Part shown: positions 39,705-53,592 of the stretch, piece by piece
Layout: every line of letters starts with the position of its first letter
Numbering within the stretch: the first letter of the stretch is position 1
Assembly (NCBI RefSeq): GCF_006345805.1
Contig: NC_043009.1
Coordinates: forward strand, 24,800,001 to 24,864,000
Source of the DNA: Octopus sinensis
Lineage: Eukaryota
Direction of reading: 5' to 3'
Length of the DNA: 64,000 nucleotides
The notes under the pieces: generated by a model
The model's database searches: none
Told to the model about the DNA's origin: nothing
Seen by the model: only the letters and a program-made list of their open reading frames with translations
Translations under genes and position numbers: made by a program

Positions 39705-39892
39705 ATAAAATTTTTTAGGAGAGGCCCAGTCGATTTATCGACCCCAGTACATTATTGGTATTTAATTTATCGACCCCGAAAGAATGAAAGGCAAAGTCGA
39801 ACTAGGCGGAATTTGAACTCAGAATGGAAAGGCAGACGAAATACCGCTAAGCGTTCCGTTCGGCGTGTTAACCTTTCTGCCAGCACGTCGCC
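39705..39892 (-). mobile_element. SINE family B
   Basis: Reverse complement of the family B head and body. Confidence 0.85.
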
Positions 39893-40297
39893 TTCCCAAA
39901 CTGATATAAGGTAAGGTATATATATATATATGTGTGTGTGTGTTTGTGTGTGTGTGTGCTTATGTATAAATGTATGTATGCATGTATGAATGTATACATA
40001 CATACGCACAACTGTAAATATTTGTAAAACTTTCCAGAAGATTATCATTTAAACATATATAAGTATATTTAGATATGCAACTATATGCATAAGATACATA
40101 CATAAAGCAAATCATACAAATCTGCACATATACATGCGTACATAATGCATACATACATGCGAATATACATACGTACATACATAGACACAAAAATACCCTA
40201 TTGCTGAGGTTGACATTCCAATGAAGGACCCTTGGATCTAGGTTAGAAACCGGTTCTTCTCTACTGGCAAGAACTTTTGAAATAAACCTGAATAATG

Positions 40298-40365
<68 letters not shown>

Positions 40366-40692
40366 CAAAATTATACGAACAGACACCAACCAAAAATCAT
40401 TACTGTTGCTCCCATTGGAACACAAGGTAAAATTTAAAATGAACTCCTCGCCTTTTCAAGAACATGAATTTTTTATATTTGACTCTATTGAATGTATGTC
40501 ACAATTATGAACTACTACATCATACTCTTTAGCATGGACCCCCTTTATTATATATGAATTTTTTATATTTAACTCTATTGAATATTATATATGATTTTTT
40601 TATATTTGACTCTATTGAATATATGTCACAATTATGAACTATTACATCATACTCTTTAAACATATAGCATGAACTCTCTTAATTATATATAA

Positions 40693-40740
40693 ATTTCTTT
40701 GATAAGGTTCGTCATTTCGAGAACCGAAACATGTTAAAAA
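40693..40740 (+). ncRNA. Decayed hammerhead-like motif
   Basis: TTGATAA 40699-40705, helix II ggttc/gaacc, GAAAC 40726-40730, palindrome AACATGTT. It follows short direct duplications at about 40460-40680. Confidence 0.45.
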
Positions 40741-40818
40741 TTAAAATTTGTCTAATATAGCAGCATTTTCAAACTTCATTTTTTACAAATATATACCCAC
40801 TCGTATACGAGCTAATTT

Positions 40819-40863
<45 letters not shown>

Positions 40864-41970
40864 CACATAAGCAATGTAACATCGCACGTACTGTTGGCGA
40901 TTTCTTTTCCTTCTTTGGTCGTTTCCCTTTCTCTTTTCCGACGAAGAGCAATATTCAAAACGTCAAACTTTCACTTTTCCCCAAGAATCAAGCTAATCCA
41001 TTTCTTGTGCAACTACTAGTGTTATCCGTTAATTTTTATCACTCGTTTATTGAATTAATTGTTTATCTGAATTGACTATACATACTCCTACATATGCATA
41101 CACCCACACCCACACCACACACATATATTTATTACTCTGTAGTAGGGATATCGTTATTGTTTTATAATCCAAATGTATTATAAAGTGAATCGAAAGACCA
41201 CAAGTGAGAGCTGTGTAAGGCGTGCGTTGTTTTTAATCCTTAAGCGTATCTTTTCATAGAATTTAGAGCCGCAATAACACTTACCATGTCTAGACGTAAC
41301 GTCCTAACTTTCACTCCTGGCTCTAAATCTCTAAATTCTTTAGAGACGCACATAATATATATACGTGTGTGCGTGTGTGTGTGTGTGCGTGACTGTATGT
41401 ATGTGTGTACGTGTGTGTATATGCGTGTGCACGCGTGTGTGTATATGTGTGTGCGCGAGTGTGTATGTGTGTGTGTGCGCGTGTGTATATATATGTGTGA
41501 TATGTGTGTGCGTGTGTGTATGTGTGAGTATATGTGTGCGTGCGTGTGTGTGCGTCTGTGTGTATGTGTGTGTGCGTGTGTGTATATGTGTGTCCGCGTG
41601 TGTGTATGTGTGCATATGTGTGTGTGCGTGTGTGTGCGCGTGTGTATATGTGTGCGTGTATATGTATGTGTGTGTGTATATTCGTGTAGACCTGGGTGTG
41701 CGGTAAGAATCTAATTCCCAAATATATGGTTCGATATACAGTCCCTTTGCGTATTAACTTGCGCAAGTGTCTTTCACTAACACACCGATCCGACCAAGGA
41801 CCGTGTAGGTGGATCTGGTACATCGAAACAAAGAGAAAATTATGGTATAAATATATATATACGTATGTATGTATGTATGTATGTATGTATGTATGTATGT
41901 ATGTATGTATGTATATATGTTTGTATGTATGCATATATATATGATATATATAATATATATATTATATATA

Positions 41971-42013
<43 letters not shown>

Positions 42014-42044
42014 AACCCATATTTATGTATGTCTATATAGCATG

Positions 42045-42081
<37 letters not shown>

Positions 42082-42811
42082 TTTAACAATTAAGGATAAT
42101 CTCTTAATAAGGGATCTTAACAAGAAATTATCGGGTAGCTAGCGTGAAAACCTCATAAAAGAAAAGAATTCGAAAATAATTTTTTTCTTTTGAACAAATT
42201 AATTATATCTATATTGTATAGAGGCATTATTACACATAAATGCCTCACACTAGGAGGGACAAAGTCATTACTACCAAAATTATACTAATCATACCCAAAT
42301 GCAGTTTTTTCAAAGCAAGACATTTAAAAAAATGAATTTAGTTCTGTATCACCGTGATTTCAACTTACGTCTAATGATCGTCAGCAGAACTGATTCTGAA
42401 CACATCATAAATAAACTACCAACCTACGTAGCGAAGACGAACAGACAACTGCTCACTCCGCCAAGCACATGGATGTTTATAAATCATATATCCGGTAAAT
42501 GGGCGGCTTTTTACGAACTGCATGTCGGGTAATGAAAAGTATTTCGGAATAAGTTTAACAATTAAGGATAATCTCTTATAAGGGATCTTAACAAGAAATT
42601 ATCGGGTAGCTAGCGTGAAAACCTCATAAAAGAAAAGAATTCGAAAATAATTTTTTTCTTTTGAACAAATTAATTATATCTATATTGTATAGAGGGCATT
42701 ATTACACATAAATGCCTCACACTAGGAGGGACAAAGTCATTACTACCAAAATTATACTAATCATACCAAATGCAGTTTTTTCAAAGCAAGACATTTAAAA
42801 AAATGAATTTA

Positions 42812-42867
42812 GTTCTGTATCACCGTGATTTCACATTCAACTTACGTCTAATGATCGTCAGCAGAAC
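42812..42867 (-). ncRNA. Type I hammerhead in each array unit (also 43287-43342 and 43764-43819; damaged copy at 42341-42390)
   Basis: gttctg CTGACGA t-cattagac-gtaa-gttgaatg-t GAAA tcac-g-gtga TA cagaac: helix I 6 bp, GNRA-capped helix II, near-palindromic helix III, AUA site. Confidence 0.8.
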
Positions 42868-44061
42868 TGATTCTGAACACATCATAAATAAATACCAACC
42901 TTACGTAGCGAAGACGAACAGACAACTGCTCACTCCGGCCAAGCACATGGAATGTTTATAAATCATATATCCGGTAATGGCGGGCTTTTACGAACTGCAT
43001 GTCGGGTAATGAAAAGTATTTCGGAATAAGTTTAACAATTAAGGATAATCTTTAATAAGGGATCTTAACAAGAAATTATCGGGTAGCTAGCGTGAAAACC
43101 TCATAAGAAAAGAATTCGAAAATAATTTTTTCTTTTGAACAAATTAATTATATCTATATTGTATAGAGGGCATTATTACACATAAATGCCTCACACTAGG
43201 AGGGACAAAGTCATTACTACCAAAATTATACTAATCATACCCAAATGCAGTTTTTTCAAAGCAAGACATTTAAAAAAATGAATTTAGTTCTGTATCACCG
43301 TGATTTCACATTCAACTTACGTCTAATGATCGTCAGCAGAACTGATTCTGAACACATCATAAATAAACTACCAACCTTACGTAGCGAAGACGAACAGACA
43401 ACTGCTCACTCCGCCAAGCACATGGAATGTTTATAAATCATATATCCGGTAAATGGCGGGCTTTTACGAACTGCATGTCGGGTAATGAAAAGTATTTCGG
43501 AATAAGTTTAACAATTAAGGATAATCTCTTAATAAGGGATCTTAACAGAAATTATCGGGTAGCTAGCGTGAAAACCTCATAAAAGAAAAGAATTCGAAAA
43601 TAATTTTTTTCTTTTGAACAAATTAATTATATATATTGTATAGAGGGCATTATTACACATAAATGCCTCACACTAGGAGGGACAAAGTCATTACTACCAA
43701 AATTATACTAATCATACCCAAATGCAGTTTTTTCAAAGCAAGACATTTAAAAAAATGAATTTAGTTCTGTATCACCGTGATTTCACATTCAACTTACGTC
43801 TAATGATCGTCAGCAGAACTGATTCTGAACACATCATAAATAAACTACCAACCTTACATAGCGAAGACGAACAGACAACTGCTCACTCCGGCCAAGCACA
43901 TGGAATACTTTTCATTACCCGACATGCAGTTCGTAAAAAGCCCGCCATTTACCGGATATATGATTTATAAAACATTCCATGTGCTTGGCCGGAGTGAGCA
44001 GTTGTCTGTTCGTCTTCGCTACGTAAGGTTGGTTAGTTTATTTATGATGTGTTCAGAATCA

Positions 44062-44116
44062 GTTCTGCTGACGATCATAGACGTATGTTGAATGTGAAAT
44101 CACGGTGATACAGAAC
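44062..44116 (+). ncRNA. Type I hammerhead in the inverted arm of the array
   Basis: CTGACGA 44068-44074, GAAA 44096-44099, predicted cleavage after 44110, helix I gttctg/cagaac. Confidence 0.75.
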
Positions 44117-44278
44117 TAAATTCATTTTTAAAATGTCTTGCTTTGAAAAAACGGCATTTGGTATGATAGTATAATTTTGGTAGTAATGACTTTGTCCCTC
44201 CTAGTGTGAGGCATTTATGTGTAATAATGCCCTCTATACAATATATATATTATGATATATATATATATATATTATATA

Positions 44279-44310
<32 letters not shown>

Positions 44311-44672
44311 ATATATATATATATAATATATATATATATATGTATGTATGTGTATGTGTGTGTGTGTCTGTGTGTGTGTGTGTGTTTGACATACTTTATC
44401 CACACATCTGTCAACAAAACTATCCGCCCACTGAGCGCCATTTCCTTTCAGGCTGGTGATGCTGTGTCGACCGTACAAGTTCTCTTATGACATTTAGCGG
44501 AGGACACCAACAACACGCCCAATTCCTTCTTTCTGAGGAATTCTCACTGTATTCTGAATTCCGTCATTCGTGTACCTGCCCTCCCTCCCTCTGGCCCCCC
44601 TTCCTCCGTCGCTCACTCACTCACTCACTCACTCACTCACTCACTCACTCATTCATTCCCTCACTTAGTAAC

Positions 44673-44738
<66 letters not shown>

Positions 44739-44793
44739 ATCTATCTGCCGATCTTTACGGATACATACATACATACATACATACATTACTACA

Positions 44794-44824
<31 letters not shown>

Positions 44825-45127
44825 GCATATACATGCATACACACGCACCAACACACACACATATACCTATATGTTTTTACGCATGCGTGTATGAATGTTT
44901 ATCTGTCTGCTTGTATGTCTAATTCCATCTGTGTGAATATGTGAATGTAGATATATATGTGAACATATATATGTGTGTGTATGTGTGTGCATCATAAAAT
45001 GCTTACTTAATCACACTGCTTCGCTTGTTTATAGATATATTTTCTTAGCATAAAAATTTCCTTTTCGATTTTTCCCTATAAATCCCCCTTGTAGAGATGT
45101 TCGAACGAATTTTCCCATACAGATACA

Positions 45128-45270
45128 GGCGTGGTGCTGTGGTAAGAAGCTTGCTTCCCGAACACTTGGGTCCGGGTTCAGTCCCACTACATAGTGCCTT
45201 GGGCATGTGTCTTCTGATATAACCAATGGCCGACCAGATTTGGAAGACGGAAACTGAAAGGGTGCCCGTC
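45128..45270 (+). mobile_element. SINE family A, 5' part
   Basis: tgtggtaagaagcttgcttccc...ggttcagtcccac...gacggaaactgaaag. Confidence 0.85.
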
Positions 45271-45342
<72 letters not shown>

Positions 45343-45599
45343 GAAATTTTGAGGGAGGGGAGTAGCCGATTACATCGACCCAAGTTAAGACGGACAAAAT
45401 GCCGTTAAGCATTTCGTCCGGTGTGCTTAACGATTCTGTCAGCTTAAACGATGAAAATAATAACAGAAAAATAATTATATCAATAAATGGATAAATGCAA
45501 CAACGACAACAGAAATAACTAAACAAAAAAATTTAAATTAATAACGAAGGTGATGAAGATAGCGGCGCTGACAATTACTTCAACGACAACACTAACAAC

Positions 45600-45664
45600 A
45601 ACTACGATGATTTCCAGATCAATGACATCATTATCATCAACATCATCATCATCGTCACCACCAC

Positions 45665-45701
<37 letters not shown>

Positions 45702-46072
45702 GTCGTCGTCGTCGTCGTCGTCATCATTGTCGTCGTTGTCGTCGTCATCGTCGTCGTCATCATCATCATCATCATCATCATCAACATCAGCATCAGCATC
45801 GTCATCCCTATCATCATCGTTATTATCACCATCATCATCATCAGTAACGTCCTCATCATCGTCATTATCGTCATCATCAACATCATCATCATCATCATCA
45901 TCAACATCATCATCATCATCATCATCATCATTGTTATCATCAGCAGCATCATTAACGTCATCAACATCATCATCATCATCATCATCGTCGTCGTCGTCGT
46001 CATCAACATCAGCATCATCATCGTCATCCCTATCATCATCGTTATTATCACCATCATCATCATCATCATCAG

Positions 46073-46104
<32 letters not shown>

Positions 46105-46105
46105 G

Positions 46106-46143
<38 letters not shown>

Positions 46144-46296
46144 ACATCAGCATCATCATCGTCATCCCTATCATCATCGTTATTATCACCATCATCATCA
46201 TCATCATCATCATCATCATTAACTTCCTCATCATGGTCATTATCGTCATCATCAACATCATCATCATCATTGTTATCATTAGCAGCATCATTAACG

Positions 46297-46335
<39 letters not shown>

Positions 46336-46370
46336 ACATCATCATCATCGTCATCGCCTTGGTCATCGTC
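45600..46370. repeat. Degenerate (CAT)n minisatellite with higher-order internal duplications
   Basis: tcatccctatcatcatcgttattatcacca at 45802, 46024 and 46162. Confidence 0.9.
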
Positions 46371-46962
46371 GCCTACATGCAGAGCGGCAACAAAAACAAC
46401 AACTAGGTGGCGACGACGCAATGCTGCCGATGGAGTCAACAACATGGACAACAACAACAACTCTGCCGATGATAATGAGGATGACAATGGCAATGAGGAT
46501 GATCCCACCTCCGCCACCCCCTACTATCACTCCCACCACGACAATCATGACGTCAAAAGCGATGTTGATGACGATGGTGATGACGACAACAACAATCACT
46601 ACCTCCTCCACCACCACCACCACAACAACAACAACAACAACAATAACACCGGCAGCAGGTGCTCTGACCAGCGTGAGCAACAAGAATGACTGAGGAAGAC
46701 CTATCAGTAACAACGTCTACAATAACAACAACAACAACAATAACAAAACAACACAACAACAACAACTGGTTGGCATATTAATTAGCATGTCAGAAGCGGC
46801 AATTACACAACAACAACGGCAACGAATGCGACAATAACAACAACAATAACAGCAACAACAAGAAACGGCTACAGTATCAATAACAGGAACAAAACCAACC
46901 ACCCGCGCCGCCACCGACAACGCCAGCAACAACAACAATTACAATAGTAATAATAATACTAA

Positions 46963-47037
<75 letters not shown>

Positions 47038-47634
47038 CCGGTAGAAATAACAGAAAATAGCTACAAAAATAACTAGTAGAATGACGTCACAAGCAATACT
47101 AAGTTTAAAGCGCAAACGTAATTAATTTGTTCCTATCCACGACCGCGTTGTTTTACAAACAAATTTGAAAGACAAACAATAAACAAACAAACGTTTAGGA
47201 AAGCAAACAAAACAAAACAAAAAAGAAACAAATAAACCATCAAAAAGGGAAATAGAATTCTTAAAAGAAAACCAAAATGTTATATATAAATGTATGGGCA
47301 AATGTATACACACGAACACACACTTACATACTCACACATGCACACACGCACACACATACACACACACACAAGCACACGCATAGATGCATATGTATTCTTT
47401 TATTCTCTTAGTGGTTTCAGCCAAACGCTGGGGCCATGCTGGAGCAGACACACAACTACACACACACACGCGCACACACTCACACACAGATATACACACA
47501 CACACATATATAGGTATATGTATATATATTCATATATATACATACATACGTTTATATATATGTATATATATATATATATATGTATGTATACATATATATA
47601 TATATGTATATGCATCTACATATACATTTATGTG

Positions 47635-47676
<42 letters not shown>

Positions 47677-47842
47677 TGATACATGTATCTGCATATATTT
47701 CTGTTTGTCTATCGATATATCTCTCTATGTCTATCTACCTATCTCTATAAACACATGTATATATGTATTTATATACAACATACATACATACATATATATA
47801 TATAATATATATATATATGTATACACACACAACATATGTATA

Positions 47843-47889
<47 letters not shown>

Positions 47890-48957
47890 CATACATAATA
47901 CATGTATACACGTATGTATGTACATAGGTATGGATGTATATATGTATATATATGTGTCTGTATATGAGTGAGAGAAGGAGTGACCTTTCTAGAATTACAA
48001 TTATTAGTTTAAGGTCATCGTATAAATAAAATTGTTTCGGTTTTTGGTTTATGTCAAAGCTAACCATCATCAACAAGATATTAGGTTTTTAGCAGTAAAA
48101 TGACGCACCGTGGTTTCGAGTGGAGCGGAGTGCAGGTGAGGGTGTCGGGGTTTTCTTGGAAAATTTCGCTGGTGGTTTTTTAAAATATATTTTTTGGTAA
48201 TTTTGGAATTTTTGTTATTTGCTTTTTATTTTCGTTATTTTGCTTTTGATATTTGTTTATTTTTGTGTAAGAATTTGAATTAGTGTTGTGAGTTATATTG
48301 GGAAATGGCGAAAGATGTTGAAGAAATATTTATCACGTACACACACAGACACGCACACATACACACACACAGACACACATGCACTCACAGACACACATAT
48401 ACACACGGATACCCTAATGTTGAGTGTTCACAAATATCAAACATATGTTGAATAAATATTAGGAACTACAGCTAGAAAACAACAATAACAACAGCAACAT
48501 CAAATAGAATCTGCTGAGGTAAGAAGGGAGCTTTATCGTGGTGTCTCTACCAGCTAGAAATAGCAGCCAAGTCAAATATCCTTCAGATTACATACTCTTT
48601 AGTCCTAAAAAAAGGCCATAGTGGGATAATGTTGTTCAGCTCTTGAGGACAATGTGCATAGCTAAACGCCGAGGTGGCCACTACTTCAGAGTCTTTAACC
48701 ATGATCCTGCTGTTCAAACTGCCCCCTTGTGTCAATTAACCCTTTCTAAGATAAGCCCATGGCCGATGATTTCGCGGGGAAGGACTACTCCATTACATCG
48801 AAACCAGAGCTGAACTGATCCTTGTTTCAACTCACATGGAATTTGAACCCAGACGTAAAGCAGGAAGGAATGCCGTTAAGCAGTTTGTCCGGACGGCAGC
48901 TTTCGTTCTCCCACCTTACCATTACTTCCATTATTATCGATGATAATAGAATAATCA

Positions 48958-49325
48958 TTTCTACTAAAGGTACGTGTCCATGAAAATCTTTCCAGAAGGG
49001 GGCTAGTTGCTTATATCGACCCTAGTGTGTAACTGGTACTTATTTCATCGTCCCTAAAAGGATGAAAAGCAAAGACGACCTCGGCAGAATTTGGACACGA
49101 AATACCTATTTCTTTAATATCCACAGAGAGGACAAACAAAGACAGACAAACGGATGAAGGCGATTATATCAACCCCAGTGCATAACTGGTACTTATTTTA
49201 ATTGACCCCGAAAGGATAAAAGGCAAAGTCGACCTCGGCTGAAGTTGAACTCAGAACGTAACGGCAGACGAAATACCGCTAAACATTTCGCCCGGTGTGC
49301 AAATGATTCTGCCAGTTCGCCGCCT
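48958..49325 (-). mobile_element. SINE family B with a duplicated module (further fragments at about 48745-48915 and 49565-49760)
   Basis: aactggtacttattt..cgaaaggat..aaggcaaagtcgacctcgg is repeated. Confidence 0.85.
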
Positions 49326-49754
49326 TCATGATAATAGTAATAATCTAAATTTAAGCGAATGGGGCTTGTGGCTTACATAGACTCTAAATGCTTAAACAAC
49401 GCTTGTTCTGTCGACCCCGAGATACGAATTGCGAAGCTGAATTCGGCCACATTTCAACTCAGAACGGAAAGATGCAGAAGAGAAGACACTAAACATTAAT
49501 TTGACCAGCGTGCTAACAGCCCTACCAGTTCACAGTGTAAAAATTTTAACAAGAATCATTTAAATTATAGGCACCAAGCTTGAAATTTGGGGGAGTGCGG
49601 TAGCCGACTGCATCGACCCCAGCATCCTATTAGTACTCATTATATTGATCCCAAATAGATAAAAGGCAAAGTCGACCTCGGAGGAATTCGAACTCACGAC
49701 GTAACGACGGACGAAATACTCTTAAGTATTTCACCCAGCGTGCTAACGATTCTG

Positions 49755-50302
49755 GCAGCAGTCACTGGTTCTAATGACTACTGACCTTAACTGATTGGAA
49801 TTGTAATCATGTACATTGTTTGACTTGGTATAAAAGATGGGCTACAACAAATATTTTGTTCAAAATCACGGATTTGCTTGTCGCTTGTTTGAGTGTAAGC
49901 ATTTGAGCATGTCCCTTAGTGGCTGCCGATATGTGCATCTCTGAAAACAAACAGAAGTAGTGGGGGAGCATCATAGCCATGTGTTGAGAGGAATTCTTTG
50001 GAGTTTGGATAATTCACCTCTGGAAACATGGGTGTTTTGTTCATCATCCTAAAAACATACCTTATTCAGGGATCATTTGAGTGGGATGGGCTACACAACT
50101 TGAATTAAATTCTAACTGTGCCCCACCTGCAAGATCTTTCGATGTTTATCTTGATATAAGATCACTAAGTCATACACATATGGTTGTGATGCATGCGCCC
50201 GGCGTACCCTTATCAGACAGGTAGTCATGATGGATATACTGGGCTTCGTATATTTTACCCCAGTGTCACTTTGATGGCATGCAGTGCTCTCTCACTCAAT
50301 AA
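49755..50302 (+). mobile_element. 3' end of a retroelement ending in an (AAT)n tail
   Basis: Unique-looking sequence ending ...gtgctctctcactcaataaaataataat. I recall it as a common Octopus repeat end (unverified). Confidence 0.5.
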
Positions 50303-50324
50303 AATAATAATAATAATAATAATA

Positions 50325-50382
<58 letters not shown>

Positions 50383-50384
<2 letters not shown>

Positions 50385-50560
50385 ATGTATCCCTGCAGTT
50401 ACATAGGTGCATTTAGGAACTAGCCCTAAATCTTTGAACAGATGGATAGATGAAATAAGCATAAAACCGGGTTGGTATAGACCCAGAAAACAGTGTTAGC
50501 AGGAACAGCTGGGATACTTAGGACGGTTCTTGGCATCTACGGTTACTTGATATGCGCACA
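50383..50560 (+). pseudogene. Very short 3' fragment of an R4/Dong-type RLE element following (AAT)n
   Basis: Decayed IP...LGTSPKSLNRWIDEISIKP....QKTVLAGTAGILRTVLGI, homologous to the C-terminus at 11.7-11.9 kb. Confidence 0.65.
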
Positions 50561-51030
50561 ACGTTAATAAATTTCCTTTTATAAAGGTCTAATATGTTGT
50601 GGGTATATGAAATAATAACAACTTCTTAGCTCACAAAATTTAGCACATCTATGTTGCAAAAAACGGACAAGATGGTCATTGCCTGAACGGTAGATTAACG
50701 ATGAAAAATCGATAAAGAAAATTAAATTGGAGCCAGACAATGTCCATCACTATAACAGCCAAGAAATCGATTCATATCTCATGGCAGAGAATGGAAAATA
50801 CTAATTGTGACATTCGTGCCTTTCTTAAAGAACACAAGAATTCTGTAAACGGTAAACACACACACACATATGTATGTACATATATATATATATATATATA
50901 AATGTATATATATACACACATACATATACACACATATATATGTGTATATATCTATATCTATCTATCATATATTCTATAATATCTATCTATCTATCATTCT
51001 ATCTATCTATCTATCTATCTAATCTATCTA

Positions 51031-51086
<56 letters not shown>

Positions 51087-51318
51087 CGCACACATACACA
51101 CGCATATATAATATATATATACAATATATATATATATATATATATATTAATATATATATATATATATATATACACATAATACAATAAATACACATATATA
51201 CATACATATAAATAATACATATACATATATATGTACATGTATATATATACAGATACTCGCTACACTCACATATACACATACATACACACACAGACACACA
51301 CACACATATATATATTTT

Positions 51319-51352
<34 letters not shown>

Positions 51353-51730
51353 GAATGTATAAATACGTATATACATATGCATTTCTCTCTATATGTGTGT
51401 GTGTGCGTGTATGCATCTCTGCGTATCTCTATATGTATATGGGCGTGTGTGTGTATGTGTTTGTGTGTGTGTTTCTGTTGTATCCTTAGTAGACATACAA
51501 TTTTCTCCTCTCCCGTCCCACGGCCAGACGAGTATATAACATAGTCAAAGGGACGAATAGCGCACATACACTGAGAAATATAATTAAAATTTCTTCAGTT
51601 AGAAATTGAGACAGTGATTATCAGCTTTAATAATTATTCTTTTCCTGAAAGGCAAGGGAGACAATTCTGCAATCTAAATTGGTTAAAATTTTAATGGCTA
51701 CGTATAATATGTATAGGCTGTGTGTATGTA

Positions 51731-51880
51731 GGCGCAGGTGTGACTGTGTAGTAAGAGGTGTTGTTCTGGGTTCAGTCTCATTGCGTGCCACCTTGGGTAA
51801 GGGCTTTCTACTATAGACACGGGCCGACCAAAGCCCTGAGACTTGATTTGGTAGACAGAAACTGTACGAATCCCGTCGTA
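51731..51880 (+). mobile_element. SINE family A, 5' part
   Basis: ggcgcaggtgtgactgtgtagtaag...gggttcagtctc...ggtagacagaaactg. Confidence 0.8.
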
Positions 51881-52041
51881 TACATATATTATTTTATAAA
51901 TTTAAAGCTGATAAGCGATCATCGCACTATGACTGAAGGAAATAGTCTAATAATGGGGCATATAAGCCCTCGACAGAAAAAGTAGGAAAAGACTGTGTGT
52001 GTATGTGTGTGCGCGTGTGTGTGTATACGTATGTACATGTT

Positions 52042-52077
<36 letters not shown>

Positions 52078-52196
52078 CCCAGAGATTCGATTTGGTAGAC
52101 GAAACTGGACGAATCCTGTCGTATATATGTATATAAATGTATGTGAGTGTGTGTGGTGTATATGTATGTATGTATTATGTATGTATGTATGTATAT

Positions 52197-52250
<54 letters not shown>

Positions 52251-52442
52251 AATATGTATGCATGTATATATGTGTGTGCGTTTGTTGTCATGTTCATTTA
52301 TTATAGAAGCAAATTTACATTCTGATGAGTTACTCTGTACTTTCGTAAAGAGTACCCTTCAAATGAAATATTGCTAAGCCATCGCCGACGATAGCTTAGC
52401 TGGTCAAAATTCGAAGTCACTGTTAACAACATTCTTTTTAAG

Positions 52443-52504
<62 letters not shown>

Positions 52505-52637
52505 TCAAAGGGCAAGACCGATAGGTGGTCGGCCGTATGCTAGAAATAGATCACCAACGGTCAGACTACAAAGAATGTTCTCTAGAGGAAAATTCAGCGA
52601 ACACCTTCTGAATTAGGCGGCAAGACATGAAAGTTAT

Positions 52638-52715
52638 ATCACATACCGGCGGTTTCAACTATTAACAAAAGAATTACTTACATAATCCAAATGTCCGTAG
52701 TTTCGTCAGTGCGAT
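52638..52715 (-). ncRNA. Type I hammerhead (unit 1)
   Basis: atcgca CTGACGA aacta...tagtt GAAA ccgccg GTA tgtgat (GUA site). Confidence 0.85.
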
Positions 52716-53267
52716 CGTTCCGACAAATGTAATTTGAAAAAACTAACCCCAGCTTTTTGTGCCAAAACAGATACGTGTTTAGTTTTACCGATTACATTAG
52801 GGATAATTTCAAATGTCTTAGTTCTGGCGCGCTAAAAATTCCGGAAACGAAGAACTGCAGTAAATAATTTACTGTGGTTAGTGCTGCCTATTAGAGAACA
52901 TATTTATTTTAATATTTAAATAATGAGGGAGATAAATTAATATTAATTTAAAACCAGTAGCCTAGCATACAAAAATCTGAAAAATCAGAAAAGTCTAATA
53001 CATGTGTATATTCAAAGGGCAAGACCGCTAGGTGGTCGGCCGTATGCTAGAAATAGATCACCAACGATCAAACTACAAAGAATGTTCTCTAGAGGAAAAT
53101 TTAGCGAACACCAGAACAATTAGGCGGGCAAGACAGATGAAAATTATATAAAAAAAAACAGAATTAATCACATACCGGCGGTTTCAACTATTAACAAAAG
53201 AATTACTTACATAATCCAAATGTCCGTAAAGCTGGAGTTAGTTTTCCAAAATACATTTCTCGGAACG

Positions 53268-53345
53268 ATCGCACTGACGAAACTACGGATATTTGGACTA
53301 TGTAAGTAATTCTTTTGTTAATAGTTGAAACCGCCGGTATGTGAT
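53268..53345 (+). ncRNA. Type I hammerhead (inverted arm)
   Basis: Helix I atcgca/tgtgat; CTGACGA 53274-53280; helix II aacta/tagtt; GAAA 53327-53330; helix III accgccggt; GUA 53337-53339. Confidence 0.85.
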
Positions 53346-53592
53346 TAATTCTGTTTTTTATATAATTTTCATCTGTCTTGCCCACCTAATTGTTCTGGTG
53401 TTCGCTGAATTTTCCTCTAGAGAACATTCTTTGTAGTTTGATCGTTGGTGATCTATTTCTAGCATACAGCCGACCACCTATCAGTCTTGCCCTTTGAATA
53501 TACACATGTATTAGAATTTTCTCTGATTTTTCAAATTTTTGTATGTTAGGCTACTGGTTTTAAATTAATATTAATTTATCTCCCTCATTATT

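Larger units (their letters stand above)
42079..44245. mobile_element. Retrozyme-like array: about 3.9 head-to-tail units of about 475 bp plus an inverted partial unit, in (TA)n
   Basis: Units start aagtttaacaattaagg at 42079, 42551, 43030 and 43504; inversion junction near 43904; inverted arm ends near 44245. Confidence 0.9.

Noticed and set aside
42079-43904. Tandem array as CRISPR or ordinary satellite
   Set aside because: There are no spacers and the context is eukaryotic; the HHR per unit and inverted arm fit a retrozyme better.
42299-43970. Repeated 63-82 aa ORF MQFFQSKTFKKMNLVLYHRD...
   Set aside because: It lies antisense to the ribozyme strand of the tandem unit, its ends vary by frameshift and it has no recognisable motif.
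44533-44575. CTGAGGA attc...gaat
   Set aside because: The GAAA and NUH side is absent.
52323-52375. CTGATGA gttactc...gagtac
   Set aside because: GAAA does not follow the helix, so no core geometry.
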